A DNA stretch of 40,535 nucleotides, from positions 1-40,535 of the IMG/VR virus record IMGVR_UViG_3300036832_000511; one strand, written 5' to 3'. Under the pieces are notes generated by a model. The model ran no database searches, was not told where the DNA came from, and was given only the letters and a program-made list of their open reading frames with translations. Shown in pieces: positions 16,875 through 24,984 of the stretch. Position numbers and translations under genes: made by a program. Source of the stretch: a virus. The number at the start of each line of letters is the position of its first letter. Position 1 is the first letter of the stretch.

Positions 16875-17332
16875 GCCGGGCGCCTTCCGCGCGCGCGTTC
16901 GAACACCGAGTAGCCCTCCCAGGTCTTGGAGGGGCCCATCCAGGCGAACCCCAGCCGCCGCAGCACCAGCGCCGCGCCGGGGAAGTCGTCACGCCCGTAG
17001 GCCGCCAGGCGGCGGCCCCGGAAGTCGTGCTCGATGTGGCGCACCACGTCGCGCGCGCACTGCAGCGCCGCGGGCCAGTCGCGCGGCCCGAGCGGCCCCA
17101 GCACGCACCACAGGTGCCAGAGCCCGCGCGCCTCTTCGACGCCGCCGCCCATCCCGGCGACCTTGCCGGTGCCGGCGTGGATGAGCGCCCAGGTCGGGCC
17201 TGGCGGCCCGGCGCGCGTCCAGTTCCAGCCGATCGCCTCCAGCTCGCGCTGCATGTCGGGCCGGGGCGTGAACGCGCCCTCGTCGCCGCGCCGGTAGGCG
17301 CGCAGCTTCAGCACCCGCCAGCGGTCACTCAC
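16871..17332 (-). CDS. GNAT-like N-acetyltransferase; start uncertain (GTG 17332, while the ORF extends to 17413).
   Basis: The C-terminal segment RRLAAYGRDDFPGAALVLRRLGFAWMG has the typical GNAT ending (..N..A..L..LGF...G). GTG 17332 overlaps the gp12-like stop by 8 nt. Confidence 0.45.
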   Translation of the reverse strand: MSDRWRVLKLRAYRRGDEGAFTPRPDMQRELEAIGWNWTRAGPPGPTWALIHAGTGKVAGMGGGVEEARGLWHLWCVLGPLGPRDWPAALQCARDVVRHIEHDFRGRRLAAYGRDDFPGAALVLRRLGFAWMGPSKTWEGYSVFERARGRRPA

Positions 17333-19604
17333 CCGTGGCGACCTTGTCCTGGCGGATGGCGTAGAGCGTGAACGGGTAGGGCGACTGCTCGGTGATGGTG
17401 ATGCGAGGGTCATGGTCGTCGCTCTCGGCGCTCTCGTCCTGCACGATGGTCACACGCTTCGTCAGGCGTCGGGGGACGATGCCCGGTATGTCGCCGGCCA
17501 GCCGCGAGGAAATGTCCTCACCCGGCCAATTCGGATTGTCGCCGCTCACCGTGCAGAGCGTGCAGAGCACGTCGATGAGCGCCTCGGTGATCCGCTGCGC
17601 GGTCAGGAGCACGCCGCCGTAGACGTTCTTCAGATCCAGCTTCAGGCTCTTGAACGCCACCGGGTAGGTGAAGCCGATCTGCGCCGTCGACGCGGTCACC
17701 CCGTTCGGCAGCAACACCTGGCCGCCGGCCACGGTGATATCCGGATACCAAGCCCCGTCCGCCAGCACGTCCACCGCATCGCCGTTCAACAACGGCGGGA
17801 CCGGGATGGCGTTCGACGCCGCCCCGCTCCAGCTCGTCGCCACGTCCATGAAGAGCCCTTCGGGCGGATCGCTCTGGCGCAGGATCACCTTGCCCATGCC
17901 GCCCTGCGCGACGATCCACACAGCCTCATAGCCGTTCGGGCTCGGCAGCACCTGCATGTCGAGGACGCTGACCAGTCCCCCCAGCTCCGTGCTCGTCCAG
18001 CCCTTCACGCCCTGTTCGAACTGGTAGGTGAAGCAGGCGAGGCCGCCATCGCCCAGCCGGCACCAGAGGTGGTTGAGCGGCGCCTTGGTGTAGGCGAGCT
18101 GCGCGAAGCCACGGCTCGCAATGTGCTGGGCCAGCACCGAGTGATCGTCGCCGCCCGGCTCCTGATTGGTCGAGACGAGGATCTGCCGAAGCGCCTTGCC
18201 GGTGATCGTCACGTACATCAGCCCGGTCTGCACGTTGACCGGCTCGATCGGCGCGCAGCCGTAGTCGGAGAGGTCTTTGATCACGCACCCGTTCGGGCTG
18301 ATCGGCTCGTCCAGCACCGGGCCCGAGACGAGGTGTTCGCCCGTCTCCGTGCCGACCAGCAGGTAGGTCGAAGTCCGGAACCACTGGATGCGCCCGCCCT
18401 TGGTGCCGACCCGGCGCCGCACCGCGTTGCTGTCGGTGATGACGCCTAAGCCCGTGCCCGGCGTGAAGTCCTCCTGGGTCGGGTTGAAGCCGGCGGTCTG
18501 GGTGAGGTCGACCCAGTCCTGATTGCCGCTGGCGGCGCCGTCGACCAACCGCTCCTCGCGGATCTCCGGCCAGGCGCTCGGCCAGCCGTCAGCCGGCGAG
18601 TAGGCCGCGAACGCGAAGTAGCTGGTCGCCTGGTTCGTCGGCACCGGCACGGCGTGGTAGACCGTCCCGGTCATCTCGGTGTCGCTGACGTAGCTGTCGA
18701 GCGTCACGATGCCCGCCCCGTCGTGCAGGAACTCCCAGACGATGGTCCCGTCGCTCTGCGTGCCCTGCAGTTGCACCGGCGGATTGTTGCCGCTGGTTTC
18801 GGCGGTCCCCGACACGCCGGTGATCGACCGATACATGTTGCCGTTCGAGGTCGCGAAGTCGCCGACGAAGATCGGGAACTTGGGCGCCCAGGCGTAGCAG
18901 GAGAGGCTGGTGAGGTTCGCCCTGATCCGCATCTGCGAGCCGACCAGCGACGGATCGAACAGCGGCGCGCTGGAATCGATCTTCACCGTCGCGCCGACCG
19001 GGATCACCCCCGAGCCGGTGGTGTTGTTGCCGTCCATGATATCGGCCGGGCCGCCGGTGTTGGTCAGCGTGACGTACTGCGCCAGGTCGGTGTTCTCGGC
19101 GAGCCACGGGCCATTGATGAACGTCGTCGTCGTGAACGTCCAGTCGGCCGCCGTCGCCCCGAAATTGCGGCGCGCCAGGGTCTGCGGGACCATGCCGTCC
19201 ACGGTGCGGAAGTAGACCACGTCCTGCACCTGCTTCCAGCGCAGCAGCGGGAGCTGCGCCGCCGTGAACGGCGTCGTGAAGCTCAAGGGCGCCGACGTCG
19301 AGGCGTCGAGCTTCGGCGTGCCGTCGAGGTTCCAGACGCGGCAGTGGCCGACGCCGAACTCCAAGAGGCAGGCGTCCTCCCAGCTCTTGCGGAACGCCAT
19401 GATCCGCACCGCGCCCGAAGGATCGCTGACGCCGCCGGCCAGCCAGAAGCCGCACCGCTTGGCGAGCGGGCCGGCGACCTGAATGGAGAGGTTCTGCGCC
19501 CGCTCGCAGCCGCGCGCCACCTGCTGGAGATCGGTGCGGTCGTAGCAGTTGTCGTCCAGCTCGCCGCTGGTGAAGCTGTTGGAAAACCCGAAGGGCCCAG
19601 GCAT
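17325..19604 (-). CDS. Tail tubular protein B / nozzle (T7 gp12-like).
   Basis: 759 aa. The N-terminus FTSGELDDNCYDRTDLQQVARGCERAQNL matches the GELS..L.GR.DL..Y pattern of podovirus nozzle proteins. Its position after the gp11-like gene supports the call. Confidence 0.65.
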   Translation of the reverse strand: MPGPFGFSNSFTSGELDDNCYDRTDLQQVARGCERAQNLSIQVAGPLAKRCGFWLAGGVSDPSGAVRIMAFRKSWEDACLLEFGVGHCRVWNLDGTPKLDASTSAPLSFTTPFTAAQLPLLRWKQVQDVVYFRTVDGMVPQTLARRNFGATAADWTFTTTTFINGPWLAENTDLAQYVTLTNTGGPADIMDGNNTTGSGVIPVGATVKIDSSAPLFDPSLVGSQMRIRANLTSLSCYAWAPKFPIFVGDFATSNGNMYRSITGVSGTAETSGNNPPVQLQGTQSDGTIVWEFLHDGAGIVTLDSYVSDTEMTGTVYHAVPVPTNQATSYFAFAAYSPADGWPSAWPEIREERLVDGAASGNQDWVDLTQTAGFNPTQEDFTPGTGLGVITDSNAVRRRVGTKGGRIQWFRTSTYLLVGTETGEHLVSGPVLDEPISPNGCVIKDLSDYGCAPIEPVNVQTGLMYVTITGKALRQILVSTNQEPGGDDHSVLAQHIASRGFAQLAYTKAPLNHLWCRLGDGGLACFTYQFEQGVKGWTSTELGGLVSVLDMQVLPSPNGYEAVWIVAQGGMGKVILRQSDPPEGLFMDVATSWSGAASNAIPVPPLLNGDAVDVLADGAWYPDITVAGGQVLLPNGVTASTAQIGFTYPVAFKSLKLDLKNVYGGVLLTAQRITEALIDVLCTLCTVSGDNPNWPGEDISSRLAGDIPGIVPRRLTKRVTIVQDESAESDDHDPRITITEQSPYPFTLYAIRQDKVATGE

Positions 19605-19731
19605 CCCGGCAGGATGGCGCCGCCGCGCGGTGGTCGGACGAACCTCCTGGGAGCTGCCTTTTGCCGAGTGAAGTAGAGCGCCTCGACTAGTTGAAGTATT
19701 AGATAAGTCTAACTATGCGGCATTCTGACGC

Positions 19732-19760
19732 AGGACAGCATCACGCAGTTGTGCTATAAT
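19732..19760 (+). promoter_or_regulatory. Sigma70-type promoter with an extended -10 (TGcTATAAT) driving the moron.
   Basis: -10 TATAAT at 19755-19760 is preceded by TGC. A weak -35 AGGACA at 19732-19737 gives 17-nt spacing. It lies in a visibly AT-rich island. Confidence 0.6.
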
Positions 19761-19828
19761 AATGACGCCCCAGAGGGTGCAATCCTCCGAGGCGTCTGAT
19801 CTTTGACAACTGAATAAGGAACTACTGG

Positions 19829-20032
19829 ATGACTTCCAAGTCATACACCCATCGTTGGTGCGTCGTAAAGGGCGTCACGGTGATGAAGGCCTGCGCAAGC
19901 CGAGAGGCGGCGGAAGACTGGGCGCGTCGCATCTCGGACGGCGAGCAGGCCGATGTCTACGAACTGGTCGGCAACGACTGGGTCTGGCGCTGCTGTTTCC
20001 TCACCATCCTCGCCAAGCCCGAGGCGGCCTGA
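19829..20032 (+). CDS. Moron gene 1, hypothetical 67-aa Cys/Trp-rich protein.
   Basis: AAGGAA Shine-Dalgarno 8 nt upstream of the ATG. It is on the opposite strand to all surrounding virion genes. Confidence 0.6.
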   Translation: MTSKSYTHRWCVVKGVTVMKACASREAAEDWARRISDGEQADVYELVGNDWVWRCCFLTILAKPEAA

Positions 20033-20220
20033 TGCCCACGCTGAAGCTCACCTCCGACGAGGCGAAGCGGCTCAAGGCCAAGCGGGCGCGGGACAAGGCG
20101 CGCAACACCGTCCTCTACGACGTGGTGGACCGCATCAAGCCGCGCCTGAAGAAGGCCGACCCGATCGAGGCGGCGATCGTCGCCTCGATCCTGGCCGATA
20201 TCCGCAAGCTCGTCCGCTAA
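20032..20220 (+). CDS. Moron gene 2, hypothetical 62-aa basic helical protein.
   Basis: Internal start MPTLKLTSDE of ORF 19855..20220, forming a TGATG overlap with gene 1. It is followed by an intrinsic terminator. Confidence 0.55.
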   Translation: MPTLKLTSDEAKRLKAKRARDKARNTVLYDVVDRIKPRLKKADPIEAAIVASILADIRKLVR

Positions 20221-20223
20221 GCG

Positions 20224-20255
20224 AAAGCCCCCTGGTTTCGGCCGGGGGGCTTTTT
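20224..20255 (+). terminator. Rho-independent terminator of the moron.
   Basis: AAAGCCCCCTGG tttcgg CCGGGGGGC followed by TTTTT. Confidence 0.8.
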
Positions 20256-20269
20256 GCTGCGTGCCTGCG

Positions 20270-20324
20270 AAAAGAGGCCTCCCGGCGCGCCATTGGTGGA
20301 GGTTGCGAGAACGCCGGGAGGCCT
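20270..20324 (-). terminator. Rho-independent terminator ending the upstream late transcription unit.
   Basis: A perfect 13-bp stem AGGCCTCCCGGCG / CGCCGGGAGGCCT (20275-20287 / 20312-20324). On the minus strand it is followed by CUUUUC (plus-strand AAAA at 20270-20273). Confidence 0.65.
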
Positions 20325-20364
20325 TCAGTGGCCCCGCCCTGGGGGTTTCACTGGGCCGGGGGTT

Positions 20365-20550
20365 TCAACTCTTCCGCTTGCCGCCGTGGTAGTTCTTCTG
20401 GCCGGGCGCGGCGTGGGCCTTGCGCGCCAGGTTGCCGATGACGCCGCCGGGCACCCCTTTGGCCTTGAGCTGCGCCGCCCGCCCGCCGTACCCCAGCTTG
20501 TTGGACTTGCCCTTGTAGCTGCCGCTCGTCTTGATCGGGCCCTTCGCCAT
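20365..20550 (-). CDS. Small, highly basic Gly/Lys-rich protein (61 aa).
   Basis: Strong AAGGAGG Shine-Dalgarno 7 nt upstream of ATG 20550. Sequence is MAKGPIKTSGSYKGKSNKLGYGGRAAQLKAKG... Confidence 0.6.
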   Translation of the reverse strand: MAKGPIKTSGSYKGKSNKLGYGGRAAQLKAKGVPGGVIGNLARKAHAAPGQKNYHGGKRKS

Positions 20551-20562
20551 CTTAGGCCTCCT

Positions 20563-21261
20563 TCAGCGGGTGATCGCCCGGATGCGGGCGGGGATCGAGG
20601 GCGCGATGGCGGCCATGCCGGCCTCCTGCGTCGCCTCGGTCGAGAGCGCCATCTGCACCTTCGACTCGGCCGCCTGCTCCAGCTTGGCCTGGCGCTGCTG
20701 GTCCGCGGTCACCGTGTAGCAACCGAGCGCCGCCAGCTCGAAACCGATCGCCTGCAGGAGGTTGTAGGGTAGCGCCGCCCAGTTGCACTTGTTGGTGTAG
20801 CTGAGTGCGAGCTGATCCTGCAGATCCGTCCGCAGCACCTTCTGGCTGGAGCCGTCCTGGCTGTCGATCGTCGTCACCTGCCAGGCCTCGCCTTCCATCA
20901 CCGGCGGCCCCAGCTCGCTGAACGCGATCCAGTCGATATCGCCCCACCACGGCTGGATCAGCGTCGGCGTGCGGACTTCCCAGACGCGCACGCAATCCCC
21001 AGGCAGCGCGTAGTAGACCGGGAAGCGCCAGTTGTTGTCGGCGGCGATCTGCGCGTCGGTGGCGGGGTTCAGCACCGTGTAGCGCATCGCGCAGAGCCAG
21101 CCCTGGCGTTCCAGCACCCAGTCGCGGGCGTCATCGATCAGCGCGTAGAGCTTCATGGCGGCGCTCGATGCGCGCAGGCTTTGTTCGTTGAGGTCGCTGA
21201 CCGGCAGCTTGCCGAGCTGCGCCAGCGCGATGTTCATCGCCCTGGTCTTGGCGTCCGCCAT
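20563..21261 (-). CDS. Tail tubular protein A / adaptor (T7 gp11-like).
   Basis: Internal start MADAKTRAMNIALAQLGKLPVSDL...ERQGWLCAM. This parallels the remembered T7 gp11 N-terminus (ILASIGEPPVSTL...IQSRGWTFN). The start lies 1 nt after the stop of the upstream gene. Confidence 0.6.
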   Translation of the reverse strand: MADAKTRAMNIALAQLGKLPVSDLNEQSLRASSAAMKLYALIDDARDWVLERQGWLCAMRYTVLNPATDAQIAADNNWRFPVYYALPGDCVRVWEVRTPTLIQPWWGDIDWIAFSELGPPVMEGEAWQVTTIDSQDGSSQKVLRTDLQDQLALSYTNKCNWAALPYNLLQAIGFELAALGCYTVTADQQRQAKLEQAAESKVQMALSTEATQEAGMAAIAPSIPARIRAITR

Positions 21262-21262
21262 C

Positions 21263-21745
21263 TCAGTTGTTGCGCCCCATGATCTGCCAGGCCAGCGACT
21301 GACCGTTCGCCGCGCCGGCACCGGCGATGGTGCCGATCAGCTCGATGCGCCCGCCAGGATCGCTGGCGTAGCCCAGATGCTGCCACAGCGGCTGGCCGAT
21401 CCAGGGCGGCGTCCACAGCACTTCGAAGTCCTGGGTGCCCACCGCGGCGACGTTCAGGGCGTTCGCCAGCGCGTTCGGGTGGGCGGCGTCACCGATGCTC
21501 AGCGTCACCCCGGCGCCCAGCGCGGTCCACCACAGATAGCTGTTGCCGTGGTCGATGTAGGCGGCCGATTTCAGCAGCCCGAACGAGATCGTGTCGCCGA
21601 TAGCGCCGCCCTGGAAGGTCACGTAGTCGCGGACCACCACGTGATCGCTGCCGTCCACGAAGCGGTTGGAGACGGCGCCGAAGCCGGTCGCCGCGAGGTT
21701 CTGCAGCGGCTGGCCGACGAGGCTCCCGTAAAACTTGGTCGCCAT
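21263..21745 (-). CDS. Paralog B of a tandem pair of about 160-aa virion-module proteins (candidate decoration or minor capsid protein).
   Basis: Aligns along its full length with 21756..22232 (shared SLVG.P.QNL, DGSD..VRD, GAGVTL.IGDAAH, ASDPGG.IEL, AWQI.GRN). Confidence 0.5.
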   Translation of the reverse strand: MATKFYGSLVGQPLQNLAATGFGAVSNRFVDGSDHVVVRDYVTFQGGAIGDTISFGLLKSAAYIDHGNSYLWWTALGAGVTLSIGDAAHPNALANALNVAAVGTQDFEVLWTPPWIGQPLWQHLGYASDPGGRIELIGTIAGAGAANGQSLAWQIMGRNN

Positions 21746-21755
21746 GATGGGCTCC

Positions 21756-22232
21756 TCAGATATTCCGCCCGACGATCTGCCAGGCGAAGTTCATGCCGTT
21801 GGTCGGCGCGGCGCCGCCAATCGTCGCCAGCAGCTCGATGGTCCCGCCAGGGTCGCTCGCCCAATTCAGCCGCTGCCACAGCGGAAAGCCCATCTGGACC
21901 GCTTTCGCCTTCGCAAGCGGCAATTGCCCCTGCGCCGCGAGGCTCATCGCGCTGTTCAAAGCTGACGCATGGGCGGCATCGCCAATGTTGAGAGTCACGC
22001 CAGCCCCCACTGCGTCGAAGAATACGTTGCTCCCCGCATAGTCGAGGTAGGCGGTCGACTTGAACACACCCAGCGAGATCACGTCCCCGATGACGTTGTT
22101 GTTGAACTGCACGACGTCGCGGACCAAAATTTGATCGCTGCCGTCCTTGAATAGATTGGGGACCAACCCGTAGCCGCTCGCCTGCAGGTTCTGCACCGGC
22201 GCGCCGACCAGCGAGCCAATGAGCTTTGCCAT
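21756..22232 (-). CDS. Paralog A of the tandem pair, immediately downstream of the major capsid gene.
   Basis: See the paralog alignment above. It starts 38 nt after the capsid stop. Confidence 0.5.
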   Translation of the reverse strand: MAKLIGSLVGAPVQNLQASGYGLVPNLFKDGSDQILVRDVVQFNNNVIGDVISLGVFKSTAYLDYAGSNVFFDAVGAGVTLNIGDAAHASALNSAMSLAAQGQLPLAKAKAVQMGFPLWQRLNWASDPGGTIELLATIGGAAPTNGMNFAWQIVGRNI

Positions 22233-22270
22233 GTTCCGATCCTCTCGCTAAGCCCGGCGCGCCCTCCCGA

Positions 22271-23278
22271 TCAGGTGTAGGCCGTCTGGTCGACGGTCGA
22301 GCAGTCTACTTCCCACACGCCGCCGTCGTAGCGCCGCACGCAGCCGTGGTTGAACTCGTAGTAGGCGTACCAGCGGAACGACTTGTCGGCGCGCTTCACC
22401 ACCTCCTCGGGGATGATGGTGCGCCCGCGGTAGATGATCGCGTTGCGATGCCAAGCCAGGCACTTGCGCGTGTAGCCGGTCTTGGCGATCGGATTGAACT
22501 GCGCGTTCGCCGAGAGCCGGTGGAAATGGAAGCCCAGGAAGTAGCTGAGCGTGCCGGCGATGAGGCCTTTGACGTCGTTGTAGAACGACGAGGTCGCCGG
22601 CACCCCCCGCAACAGGTCGCCGAGCTGCGTCGCGGTGCAGGCGAAGTGGTAGTCGGTCGGCCGGTCGCCCGGCAGCGGCTCATCGATTTCGGAGTTGTCG
22701 AGGTTGATCTTGGTCTGGATCAACTTGCCGATGGTGAGCCCGTAGGCGCCGTCGCCGCCCTCGACCTTGGTGATATCCTCGTCTTCGTGCGCGCCGGCGA
22801 AGTTCGACGCGATGATGTTGGCGTTCGCCGGCCCGGTGGCGTAGGCGCCCGCGCTGTTCTGGTACTGGTAGGAGCCCATCACGCCGCCGATGCCGCCCGC
22901 GCCGACGATCACCGTGTCGCGGTTGCGCCCGAGCCCGGCGAGCATCGACTGCATCACCTTCGACGTCGGGTCCTCCAGTTGGCGGACCAAATCCTCATTG
23001 TCGATGAACCGGCCGTCCGCGTAGGGCAGGAAGGCCCCGAAGCGGCGGTACATGTCGACAAATCCGGAGGGGCTGTCGGGGACGCGGGTGGTGACGAGCT
23101 GCGGGTCGGAGGTGCCGACGTCGTCGGCGTTGAAGTACTGCCCGGGGGTGTCGTAGGCGAGGTCCGAGTCGACACACTCAAGGAGGCGGGACCGGGACTG
23201 CTGGGGCAGGAGGTTGAGATTGGCCCGAAAGCCGGGGACGTACAGGCTCTGCGCGGTTGCGCCGGTGGGATCGGCCAT
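22271..23278 (-). CDS. Major capsid protein.
   Basis: 335 aa. It is preceded by a 190-nt structured leader and sits downstream of the scaffold and upstream of the tail adaptor. Size and composition are typical of podovirus HK97-fold capsid proteins. Confidence 0.65.
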   Translation of the reverse strand: MADPTGATAQSLYVPGFRANLNLLPQQSRSRLLECVDSDLAYDTPGQYFNADDVGTSDPQLVTTRVPDSPSGFVDMYRRFGAFLPYADGRFIDNEDLVRQLEDPTSKVMQSMLAGLGRNRDTVIVGAGGIGGVMGSYQYQNSAGAYATGPANANIIASNFAGAHEDEDITKVEGGDGAYGLTIGKLIQTKINLDNSEIDEPLPGDRPTDYHFACTATQLGDLLRGVPATSSFYNDVKGLIAGTLSYFLGFHFHRLSANAQFNPIAKTGYTRKCLAWHRNAIIYRGRTIIPEEVVKRADKSFRWYAYYEFNHGCVRRYDGGVWEVDCSTVDQTAYT

Positions 23279-23468
23279 AGGACACCTGTCGATCGAGTTG
23301 ATTTCGATCGGCAGCGGTCCCCGGCTTCGATGACCGGACGCGAGCCTGGCTTAACGGCCCTGGCCGCCCACCCCGCTCCGGATCGGCTGAGCGAGTCCCC
23401 GGCGACGGGGTGGGGTGTCTACCAGCGAGGTCGACGGACGCGAGTCCGCCCATATGATGGATTTCAGG

Positions 23469-23702
23469 TCAAGCGGGTTCGATGGGCCCGGCGAGGCCCA
23501 GCTTGTACTTCACCGCGACGAGGTCGGGGTGGTGACCGAACAGCTTCTCGGCCATCGCCACCACCAGCGCCGCGCCGTAAGGGTTGTCACCGCCGGCCAG
23601 GAAGCCCGCCGTGTAGGCGACCGCGCCCATCATCCACAGCGGCTCGTCGATGTTGGCCGCAACCTCGCTCCAGGCGCGCGTCAGGTCACGTTGCTTCACC
23701 AC
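23469..23702 (-). CDS. Hypothetical protein (77 aa).
   Basis: GTG starts at 23702 or 23699, preceded by AAGGAG. The Shine-Dalgarno lies just after the stop (23728) of the second ParB reading frame. Confidence 0.55.
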   Translation of the reverse strand: MVKQRDLTRAWSEVAANIDEPLWMMGAVAYTAGFLAGGDNPYGAALVVAMAEKLFGHHPDLVAVKYKLGLAGPIEPA

Positions 23703-23727
23703 AGCTCCTTCGTTCCTGATTCGCCCC

Positions 23728-24598
23728 CTAACCGTTCCGTTGAAAGTCCTGTGGACGGACTAATCCGCTGGGGCCCGCCTCGGCCTCGCGCTCGGCCTGC
23801 ATCGCCTTCAGCCGCGCGAACGCCGCCTCGCGGTCGCCGACTATATCGGGCACGTCGGACCACAGCCGCCCTTCGAATCCCTCGATCATCACCGTGGCGT
23901 TGTTCACCATCCCCGGCAGATAGATGCTGCCCAGCTTCTCCTCGCGGGCGAACGCGGTCCAGCAGCGCGCCACCACCGCGAACCCCGTCTCGCCGCCCAT
24001 GAAGTGTGCGCCCCACCTCGCCGTTCCAGCGCAGGCTTTCGTTCGCCAGCGCCATCACCGCCGCGGTCTGGGTGACCGGGATTAGGCTGGTCTTGTGCGA
24101 CCGGCTCGCCACCTGAGTGACCGCCTGCTCGAATCGTAGGTGGTTCGCCACGAGCTGCACCAGCATCGCCCGCGGCGGCTGGTAGCGCAGGCTGACCCCC
24201 GCGCAGTAGTTCCACACCACCCGCGCGCTGGCCGCCAGCACGTTGTTGTGCTTGTGCCCCTGGATCGAGAGCACGTCGGCAAGCGTGCGCGCCCGCCCCG
24301 AGTCCATCGTCGCGAAGGCTTCCTGGGCGACGCCGCGCACCACCAGCATCGCCACCGCGACGTTCGCCAGGATCACCGCCGAGAGCCGGTGGCGCCCGTC
24401 GATCAGCTTGCCCTCGGCGTTGAAGATGATCGGCTGGCCGTTGGTCATCCAGCGGCCCGCCAGCATGTCCTCGGCGTGCCGATCGACCTGACGCAGGCTG
24501 ACATTGCGGTTCGCCGCCGCGTCCTGCAGCCACGCCCGCGCCTCGCCCGGCCCGATCAGCTCGACGTCGGCCTGCAGGGAGGGATGATGCCCGCTCAT
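23728..24598 (-). pseudogene. ParB/Srx-fold (DGQHR-type) protein split by a frameshift near the G4 run at 24011-24014.
   Basis: The N-terminus NRNVSLRQVDRHAEDMLAGRWMTNGQPIIFNAEGKLIDGRHRLSAV is a ParB-like nuclease-domain pattern. Downstream of about 24010 the 300-aa frame becomes RG-rich with poor GC3. The frame of ORF 23728..24000 keeps high GC3 and is open from 24054. Confidence 0.6.
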
Positions 24599-24927
24599 TG
24601 CACGCCCGCCCGCCGGCGCCGGCCCGGCACCACGCCCAGGTCATAGCCGATCACCCGAAGTGCAGATTGCATCTTGCCGAGTTGCGGGTGCGCCACCTTG
24701 CGCTCGGCCCAGTTCTCCAGGGTCTTCGGATGCGGGCCGAAGCGGTCGTAGATTTGCCCGAACGAGACACCCGACGAGCGGATCAGGCCCATCACCTCGT
24801 CGCGCAAGTCCTCGTAGCTTTCGAGCTGCGCTCTCTCTCGTTCGAACTCGCTCTTTTCACTCTGTCGCCGTCTCGACAGCTTGTCGATGCTGGCGATCAC
24901 TTCCTGAGCCGTCTTGATCTCTGCCAT
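24595..24927 (-). CDS. Xre-like HTH protein with an N-terminal coiled coil (110 aa).
   Basis: Internal start MAEIKTAQEV with a GAGAGGA Shine-Dalgarno. The C-terminus GVSFGQIYDRFGPHPKTLENWAERKVAHPQLGKMQSALRVIGYDL fits the HTH_3 pattern. It has an ATGA-type overlap with the ParB-like gene. Confidence 0.6.
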   Translation of the reverse strand: MAEIKTAQEVIASIDKLSRRRQSEKSEFERERAQLESYEDLRDEVMGLIRSSGVSFGQIYDRFGPHPKTLENWAERKVAHPQLGKMQSALRVIGYDLGVVPGRRRRAGVQ

Positions 24928-24984
24928 GCCAATCCTCTCGCCTGCGACGCCCGCGCAGGTATTCCAAGACTCGCTCCCCACGTC

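Noticed and set aside
23696-24000. The C-terminal 100 aa of the 300-aa ParB ORF as genuine coding sequence.
   Set aside because: The tail is RG-rich with poor third-position GC. The overlapping frame (23728..24000) looks like real protein, and the next gene's Shine-Dalgarno follows its stop. This is interpreted as a frameshift artefact or feature instead.
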